A stretch of DNA of 64,000 nt, taken from assembly GCF_009834535.1 (NCBI RefSeq), contig NC_045707.1:59460001-59524000 (forward strand). The letters are read 5' to 3'. Shown piece after piece: positions 55,007-64,000 of the stretch. This stretch comes from Camelus ferus (lineage: Eukaryota). The translations under genes were made by a program, and so were the position numbers. The notes below the pieces were generated by a model. The model made no database searches. It was given only the letters and a program-made list of their open reading frames with translations, and was not told the origin of the DNA. The number at the start of each line of letters is the position of its first letter. Positions within the stretch are counted from its first letter, which is position 1.

Positions 55007-55083
55007 TTTTTTTTTTTTTTTTTACCGGAAACATACTTTTTAATTGAGTTATAGTCAATTTACAACGCTGTGTCAATTTCTGG
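55007..55083 (-). mobile_element. Very short L1 3' end
   Basis: T-tract followed by tatagtcaatttacaacgctgtgtcaatttctgg, the reverse complement of the L1 3' terminus seen at 52660-52700. Confidence 0.7.
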
Positions 55084-55289
55084 CCCAGAAATATTAACAG
55101 AAATTATACATACACCAAAGTTTAGAAATCTATAGTTTTACCCCATGAATTTTCTAAACTCAGAGTTGAGTTCTGTGCTTTTTAGATGTAACCAAGACAT
55201 ATTTAAAACAGAATTTTTGAAGAAAATTGCCATTGGATAGCCTAATAATATACTTCGCTATTTAAGCAAGAGGTACAATTAGGTATAAA

Positions 55290-55415
55290 ATAATATAATC
55301 TACAACATGGAAAATATAGCCAATATTTTACAGTAACTATAAATGGAATATACTATTGTACACCTGGAACTTATATAACATTGCACAGCAACTATACTTC
55401 GATAAATAAATAAAC
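55290..55415 (+). mobile_element. Older L1 3' end fragment
   Basis: aatatagccaatattttacagtaactataaatgg...tgtacacctggaactt...caactatacttc followed by (TAAA)n. Confidence 0.7.
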
Positions 55416-56559
55416 TTTCGGTTTGTAAGTCTTGGCCAAAGTATTTTTAAACAATCACCAGCTAGAATCAAATCAACATATTTTACATCTTAAACTTACA
55501 CAATGTTAAAGTCAATTATATCTTAATTTTAAAAAAAGAAGCAAATAGTGATATTCTGGATGATAATGGTTTTGAAAGACAGTCACACATAATAAACTAT
55601 AATAAACTCTTCCATAATGCCTGCAGCGTTAACATCCTTATCTACATGATTCTTTTGTTACCTGTAGATAAAAACAAGCTCTCCACAAAATAAAGCAATT
55701 CATTCATTCACTCACTCATTCAGTTAAATAAACATTAATTGAGTACCAACAGTGTATCAGGCTTTGTGCTAGATGCTGAGAATATAAAGTTAGATAAAAC
55801 ATGGAAAAAATACTTCTGAAACCACGTGGAGAGTCTTATATAATAAAGGATGCACGTGATGAAATGAGGTTTCAGGACAATAGACGGATATTGACAAGAA
55901 CTGCATTTGAAACTGGGGGTATGGGGATGCAGAGGGCACGGTCCTTATCTTTGGATATGTCATAAGTTTCTGGGAGAGTCAGACACATAAAGAGAGTCTT
56001 CAAAATAATATGGTGAATTATCAGATTGAAGTACACCTAGCGCACAGAGAAGAAAGGAAGTTCACAAAGGAAACACCATATGAAGTGACTCCCAGGGAAC
56101 AAATAAGAATTATAAAGGAAGATAAAGGGTTGAGTGTGGAATTCTAGGCCTAAACAAAGACACGGAGCAGCTGATTTTAGCATGTATATGTATGGATACG
56201 TGTGTGAAGGGGGAGACAAAAAATAGTTCAGTAGTTCTCAAAGTATAAACTGTGAGGTCAGGCAAGGCTAGATATAAGGTAAAGCTGTCAGCCAGATGCT
56301 AGGATGCCCAGGCTTAGAATAGAAGTAGAGAAGGAATTTAAAAAAAAAAAAAAGGTACGATGGTAATTGTATAGATTAAGCATGTTGAGATATAAGTAAG
56401 AACTTAGTTAAAATGCTTCCTTGGCTGTAGTGATTGGTTAAAAAATGTGCATACGATAACCTGTCCAATCTTAGTAACTCCTAGGAACTTCGCAGAAGTT
56501 TGCTTCTCCTGCACTGAACTTGAACCTTGAATTATGTAGGATTTAGAGTGAGTTGCAGT

Positions 56560-56765
56560 GACGAGAGGAGAATCTAGCCTATGCCTGCAAAACACCACAG
56601 CCAAGCCCAGAGATAAGGCAAACCAGATCCTGTTGCAGGCAGCCACATCTGAATTCAGAGCTACCTACGGACCTCTCAGTTATGGGAACGATGTATGCTT
56701 TTTTTCTTAATCCAGCTTTAATGTGACTCTCTGTCATTTACAATCAAGAGAAGCCTAATCGTGTA
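56560..56765 (+). mobile_element. MLT1-like LTR 3' fragment
   Basis: ggacctctcagttatggg and tctgtcatttacaatcaagagaagcctaa terminal motifs. Confidence 0.5.
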
Positions 56766-57533
56766 ACTAGTCATTACTAATTGCGCATTCATTCTTGTAA
56801 GTATGAAAATGAGGCAAGAGAGTTACATAGCTTTCCAAAGTCACACAAACAGCCATTGTTTAGCTGGGATCAGAAACCAGGAATCTAAACTCCAAAACCC
56901 TTTTTTAATAACCAATTACATTAAACTCTAGCTCACAATATTATATATATTTTTTCCAAATGTAAACTGCCTATATTGATTTAAGGACTTGTAATCAGTA
57001 GGCACATGGCAGATATTTGGGGAAAGTCATAGGTAAATGGCAGTCCTGATTAGATGGACTCACACGTGGTAGCCAGGGTTATAGGCTCTAAATAAGGGAA
57101 AAAGCTGAGAATTTCCATGTTTATTATGCAAACTTCATTTAATTACCCAGTGGTCAATCCTCAGCTGTACTCCATGTCCCACACAGATACAGTCTCCTTT
57201 TCCCTCTGCAGAGAATAATCTCCAGTATTTTGCTAAGATAGAAAAGGGGGGCCACCCAGTTATTCACGGTTGAGTTGGAGATCTGGGGATCTGACTGCTT
57301 CTTAAAAACCTGTTGATCCAACAATTCCATCTAGTTTGGCTTCATATTCACCCCTAAGTCCCAAGGTAACTAATCCTAAAATCCCCAAGCCTTTGGAAGC
57401 TCCTGTGGTGTGAACTGCATTGCTTGACTTCACCGTCGGTGGGCTCCCGTGCTTTCCCGGGCTGCTAAATCAGTCACCACCCTCCCTCCGTCTAGCCATT
57501 TTCACAGCTTTCTTGCTGTTGTTGCCTTCTGTA

Positions 57534-57663
57534 AAGTCAGCTGTCAGTATCTGCAGAGGAACTGGTTCTAGGAGCCTCCGCTACAAATAAAATTCATGGA
57601 TGCTCTAGTCCCTAACATAAAATGGCCTCAGATGGGGAACTCGTGGATTTGGAAGGCCGACTG
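57534..57663 (+). mobile_element. MER2-like TcMar-Tigger relic, internally deleted
   Basis: tggttctagga...catggatgctctagtccct..ataaaatggc and terminal gtggatttggaaggccgactg. Confidence 0.7.
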
Positions 57664-58049
57664 TGCTCTGACATTAGCGGCTTTATGTGTTTTAAAATTT
57701 CTTTTCACTAATATAGTTTTGAAAGTTTCAGTAGCAATGAAACTGGTATGATGTCTGAAATATTAAAAATCAACTGCACCAACATATTCTAAAAAGAGAG
57801 TAGTTAATTGGAATCTGAGCAGCATTTCTACTGGTTTTTCCTAGGATCAACCTATTCTAGCCAGTAGCCAATTGAACAAATAAATTAATAAATCCAACTC
57901 TGACGTTTACTAATGGTGTGAAATGAAGCAAATTATTCATCTCTTTGTGCTGTGGATGCCTTATTTGCAAAAAGGTGGTAATTACAGTACCAAATACAGA
58001 AGATTGTTATGAGGATTAAATTAGTTAATACATGTAAGGTATTAAAAAT

Positions 58050-58690
58050 TATTTCATTGGTTTCTGCTTCTTTGTGTATTTTCTTATTTCTTTGGGTTTA
58101 ATTTGCTTTTCTTTTCCTAACTTCTTGAACTGGACAATTCCTAACTTCTTGGATGCTTAGCTCATTGATTTTTAGCCTTTCTTGTTTGTTTCATAAATAC
58201 ATGTATTTAAGGCTATAAATTTCCCTGTAAGCATGATTTTTGGACACATCCTACAGTTTCTAATATGTTCTTATCATTCAGTCCAACGTATTTTCTAATT
58301 TCCATTGTGATTTCTTCTTTTGCCCAAATTTCATCAGGAAGTGCTTTTTCTAATTTTCAAACACACAGTGATTGTCCAATTATCTTTTGGTGAACGGTTT
58401 CTAGCTTAATAGCACTGTGGTCAAAGGACGTACTAGTATTACAGGATTTCAGTTCTTTCCCATTTTTTGGGACTTACTTCATGGCCCAACATACAACCTT
58501 TTTATAACTAGCCAGTGTGTACTTGAAAAGAATGAATTCTGCTCTTTTTGGTTCTGGTGTTCTATTTATGTTCATTAGGTCAACTTATTGTGTGATTCAA
58601 ATCTTTATATCTTTATTGATTTTTTTGTGTGTGGGGGTCTTCTTGTTCTATCAGTGTCTGAAAGAAGTCTATTAACAACTCCCAAGTTGA
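58050..58690 (-). mobile_element. Ancient L1 (L1M-type) ORF2 fragment interrupting a MIR
   Basis: T-rich antisense L1 motifs (gctataaatttccct, gcactgtggtcaaag, tgtgtacttgaaaagaatg). MIR-like sequence lies on both sides (about 57890-58045 and 58705-58750). Confidence 0.7.
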
Positions 58691-59132
58691 AAAAAAAATG
58701 AGTTATGTCTGGCACCAGTAAGACACTCCATAAAGAAACTACTATTATAATTATTTTTGTTTTTATCTAGTAAATGTTTGAGTTGTCAAGTGGGGATGGT
58801 TTGTATAAACTATCTGGGATCAGAGTAGAATACACTGGTAGAAAAACAGAAGATAGGGTTTGGTTCTACAACAAATAAAGCCTCTCTGAAAGTTTTATTA
58901 TGTTTGAAGAAGCACAGTTTCAGTCAATACTGAATACCGTCTATTTTCTAAGAAAACCTGGCTGACAAACTGTTTTAAAATTGTAACAAACTCATGAATC
59001 CTAACAGTTTACAGAACCCTCAATATGTACCTGGAATTATAAAAGTCTAAAATAAGAGTAAATTATAAAACTTAATCTTAAGGAATGAGATTTACTTGGA
59101 GAAATAAAATTAAATTCCCAATGTATATATGC

Positions 59133-59234
<102 letters not shown>

Positions 59235-60680
59235 TGCACATGCACATATGTGAGACATCCTCTTCTGGTAAATTCAAAATTCTATCTTTTAAGAAAAAAG
59301 CACGCTGATTTAGACATGCAATCAGGTCAGATAAGATGTGGCTAATGAATCTGCCCAAAAAATGAGAAATTTGACAAATGTCTTAAAAATGTAATGGTTG
59401 ATTACACAAACTCCTTAGATACAATCTACGCCATATGATAGAATAGCATCCAATCATCAAAAGTCATATTAAAAAATATTTAATACTCAAGGGTGGTGCT
59501 TATTATGGAAGCAGGTGAAGAAAGCAGGATAATTTACTGTATAGATGGTATAACCCAAACCGTGCAGAGTGGGTTAGCAACCCTAGGAGGAACACATCAA
59601 AGCAGTGTTCCTGGTTGTTTTGGGAAAGGGAGGATTATGAATTATTTTTAGATTCTTCTTTATACTTTTATTTATTCTGTGAACTTTCCTCAATAATCTC
59701 AGAAAAAGCTTTATAATAACAAAATAACTATTTAATTCAGAAAATAAGCACTCATTTGTAATGAAAACACTTTTATTTGCCAACTTATCTAAAAAAACAC
59801 ATGGCAGCTCTGTAAACACTTAAAAATAATTCCAACTCCCTGCAAATAACTTTAACCATTTCAAACACAAATTAAGTCAAGCAAGAGAAAAGATTATAAA
59901 TGGAGCACATATGACCTAATAAATAAGCCCACGCCCCCGACTCCATACAGCTGGAATGAGGAAGTGCGGAATTGATCAGTTGCCAACCAGAAGCTCAGTT
60001 TAATGATCCCAAGTTGAATGTCTCACCCCATTAGGTAGTCTATTAAAAAAAGAATTCATCCATAGTTCTTGAAGGGAAAAAAAAACAAGTGTTTCACATA
60101 TAGATGCAACTTTCTAAATCAAATTAAACAGTTTAAATTCATTGGTAAAATCTCCTCTATTTTATTGCTCTTTGTAGGGAAAAAAAAATCCTGTAATGTA
60201 AAAGGTCCCCATCGCTTTTCCCTTCATACAAGTGCTCTTTTAGTATTTTTCTGTGTATTAGCTGAACATATTTCTCCCCTTTACATTTTTTTCTCTTATT
60301 TCCTTGAGCCTGTTATAGATATTTCAACAGCCATTAAGTTTCAAGATTATGATGGATTTATACGTATAAAAGAGCAAAACACTGCTAAATTGCTTTACTG
60401 ATATTAACAAACTGGCCAGCCTTTTAGAAGCTCCAATGCATGTGAAAATATTGTTCTGTCAATTGTGTTTTTACATTTATTGACAATCTGCAGTAGAAAT
60501 AGAATATGATTACCTACTGAAGGAACTCACTGACATTTACGAAGTTCAATAAAAAAAAGATGTTTATATTTTATGGGTACGTTTAGACCAAAAGAGGCAA
60601 CTAAAATAATGTTAAAAATCAGAAAATTTTATCCAGGCATGATAAACACCTTCATCTAATTTAATAATTTTATGAATAAT

Positions 60681-60900
60681 AGTAAGAGCACAGACACTGG
60701 ATTCAAATCCAGCCATTACCATTTATTTGAATAGTGTTTATAGGCAAGTTACTTGATCCAATGACTGTTTGCCTCACTTATAAAACGGCAGTAATAAAGC
60801 CCACTTCATAGGGTAGTTGTAAACGTAAAATACAATAGTGTATTTAAGTAGGATGGTATGTTGGCTACACATACAAGATTCTCAATGCTGACAGAACTAT
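60681..60900 (+). mobile_element. MIR SINE, representative copy; other decayed MIRs near 4350-4560, 8230-8380, 18700-18790, 26950-27090, 47280-47460 and 54790-54980
   Basis: ctggattcaaatccagc, ggcaagttactt, cctcacttataaaacgg and cttcatagggtagttgt core motifs. Confidence 0.7.
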
Positions 60901-62021
60901 GGCTGTTTTTACTATAACAATCATGACTCCTTGTCCTCAACATCATCATCACCATGTTCATAAGATTCATTAGAAATTGTTTTGGAAGGAGATAATGTAA
61001 AACTACTGCATACATTAGAGTGCTGGGGGCCACCACTCCCATGGGGAGATTAACTCTAGAATGGTAAAATTTAGCTTTGATCAAGTTTAATGCCAGGGGC
61101 AGTCTTATAAAAGATGGTAAATCTTAGAGCCACCTGTAGGTATGTTTTGAAAGAAATTAAAAGGTATCCAAATCAAAAAATACCTACAACTTGGGCTAGT
61201 TGTATTGTCCAAGAAGCTTTTGAATTTCGATGGTTTTTTGGACTTTAATAGTCCCTACTTTAAAGCCCTTCTAATTTAAAACCTTTGAGTACAGGTTCCC
61301 CCCAAATTGAGCACAGTACTTGGCAGGGAGTAGGTTCTCAATATATGTGTACAGTGTGAATTAGTCCTATGAGGGTATTATGTAAAAGTATTGGAAGTTT
61401 ATAAGACTATTCACAATGAGTTCAGGTCATGCTGAGAATCAGGACCCAGGACAGAAATTTAGGACCAGTTCATAAGCCTGCAAAGAGGAACAAGGTACCA
61501 GAGGAAAGCTGAGGGGGCAAAGAAAATCTTCTCTACTCCTCCAACGTTCTGCATTGGTCTCTCTCTATTTAGAGGAGGGCAAAAATGGCAGGCCATTTAA
61601 TTATAAAAGAAATAACTATATTTACTTTATCTATTTTCATCTCAGCCTATTAATCTTTTTTTTGTGTTTGCTTTTAATTACTATGGAAAGCCAGTAAGCT
61701 AATGAAGGAAATACTTACGATATGGAAATATACTGATTCTGTGATTATGCTGGAATAAATCAACAAAGAATAGAAGGAATTATTAGAGTGTACACAGACT
61801 AGTGACAAGCATCATGAATCCCATCTCTGGAGATATTTGCTTGGTAGCTTAGAAGAAAGCTCTGTTGCCTTAGCTTCTCTTGTTTGGAGATGTCATGGAA
61901 ATACCAAAGGCCTTCCACCCTTAGAAATGACTCTTCACCTGATTTTTTGAGAATTTTCCATCAGCCCTTACGTAGAGACAGTGCAATTTTCTGCACATTG
62001 ATGAAAACTGTAGATTTAGGG

Positions 62022-62512
62022 TGAAGGGATCTAAAATACGCCACTGAGGAGAGCTTTTCATCTTCCTTTCTAAACTCCTCTTGTCTAACTTTAAAAGTGT
62101 CTCCCAAGAGAATGCAACTGTCATAAATCTCTTCCCTGGGAGTTTCACAACGAGATGATTGATTCCTATCACCAGAAACAAATGTGAATATTTAGGCACT
62201 GAAGAAGAAATTGCCTCAATAGACATTGTCACAGAACTATCATATCTCCCATCTCTTCTTCTAAGGTCCCATTTATCTTTCTTAAAAGTCATTTGTTTTC
62301 CCATATAAATATCCTTCTCCCTGTCCCCTTTTCCCTGTTAAGATGTCTCAAATTCTAAACATCATCTTGAGTGACATCTTTCTGTGATCTCCTGCATACA
62401 TATGTGAACAAAAAATTGTCTTTTCTCTTGATAATATGTTTTTTGGTCAGTGTAATTTGCAGGCCCCCAACCACTAAACCTAACAGGGTGGAAAAAAAGA
62501 TTTTCCCTCCCA
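62022..62512 (+). mobile_element. MER34/MER39-like ERV1 solo LTR
   Basis: TG...CA ends, tgaagggatctaaaatacgccac start, and terminal gtcagtgtaatttgcaggcccc..cactaaacctaacagggt..ttttccctccca. Confidence 0.68.
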
Positions 62513-64000
62513 GTAAGGGATTTGGCATGACTACCTGTTTGGACTGAGATTTCCCTCAATATACTAAGTTTTAATGATTGATACTCTGAGAGGCATGTAA
62601 TATCATGACAATCCTTAACGCCTATTTGTAAACTCTTTCATCAGCTGGGATTTTAGTATCTAGATTACAGCGCCACAAATGAAATCCATCTGTCATTTAA
62701 TACAATACAAAATTAAAAATTTATATGATATATTATGCTTTTATATTTAAAAAAAAGTCATGATTAAACATGCAAAAATCAGTAAAAATATCATTAAATT
62801 GATTCCTTTATATTTGACATGAACAATCACTATATTTAAGAATAAAATTTAGATAACAATGTAATGGACAAACCAGAATAGACCTAGAAAAAGTTTCTTT
62901 GTTACTACAGCTTGTGGAATTTTGTCCACATTCAATAAAGCCTTTGGTACCTGGAGCTTTGTCTTTCTCTCTTTTGAGACTCGTTCTGTCATCATAATGA
63001 GTTAACGGCCACCTGGATAAATCATCTACAGAACCGAATTCTGACTTCGGGACCATTCTACATTAGCAACTCAGGCTATGACTTGTACCTCGCTTAATCA
63101 CCCAGGACACCTCTCCAATGTTAAATTTCATTCTATTTTTTGACAAGAATCATCTTCACTTAACTTCATTTCTCCACGGACTTTGACACTGGTGTCTATT
63201 CCCTATTCTCTCCACTTCACAAATATCAGTGACCCCTCTTTGGTCTCATCTTTGTGTTAGAGCTGGTTTCTTTGTCTCTTCAATGGCTACTCTTCCTTTA
63301 TTCCTTTTGAAAAGTCAAGGGTTCATTCTCAAGATTTGTCTTCTTACTCTACATCACAGATCCAAATGGGCTTGTAGCCCACACAGTGTTAATCCACAGA
63401 GCTTTTTAAACAAAATTAATTACAGTTACTGCCATAATAAGACTCACAGCATCCAGTGAGTGACGCTATGGCTGGGATACAGACCTTAGATTTGGCTTAC
63501 TTTTTATAAAAAAAAGACTTTAAAATGTGCTAAAATAGTTTTGCCACCATTCCTTGCACCTGCTGGGCAGGCATCTCATGAAGGGAGGCATCCTCATTCT
63601 GTCCAGCGGGTACCACCACCAGCACATCTCTTTGGGAAACTTCAGTGGACCTAGGGAGTCTACACAACCATCTGTAAGTCTGTTCATTGTTTCTTGCTTC
63701 TCTCTGATTTCCCAGAATATCTGACACTGAGGAAAGTGTATACCTTTAATTATCTATTAATCTCATCGATCTCCAAAGACAGTTGCCAATATTTAAAAAT
63801 TGGGAGAGTTCTCCAAAAAGTCTAGATTCTTGACTACACTTAACAAATCCAATGGTTTGGCAATCCTCAGCCATCCTTTCCACATTTCCTCTAGAGCTGA
63901 GGGTAGATGTCAGCTTTGGAATGGCATCCATGTCCCTTCTGCTGCACTCATTTCATGTGATGTTCCTGATCTCTATAGGATTTGAGCTTACGATGCACAT

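Noticed and set aside
61921..62304. 127-aa minus-strand ORF
   Set aside because: It lies mostly in an ERV1-like LTR and shows no gag, pol or env features.

Overview
This is AT-rich mammalian nuclear DNA, probably camelid, judging by two vic-1-type tRNA-Ala-derived SINEs. The whole window lies inside the neuron navigator 3 gene (NAV3) on the minus strand. Eight coding exons with GT-AG sites and compatible phases lie between 3398 and 22357; from memory they match roughly exons 13-20 of human NAV3. Positions 22358-64000 are part of one very large upstream intron. That intron holds two processed pseudogenes (TMEM258 and RPL12), L1/L2/MIR fragments, solo LTRs, DNA-transposon relics and microsatellites. 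Repeat family names come from recalled consensus sequences, not a database search. I found no prokaryote-type system such as an operon or CRISPR array, and no clearly novel gene system. The main observations are: (1) a +1 frameshift with a premature stop in a NAV3 exon (17091-17093), either an assembly error or a loss-of-function allele; (2) a three-copy local template-switch structure with a perfect 53-bp inverted repeat (32281-33402); (3) an inverted, twin-primed L1 with a 17-bp target-site duplication (TSD) next to a splice acceptor; (4) several candidate alternative splice sites.
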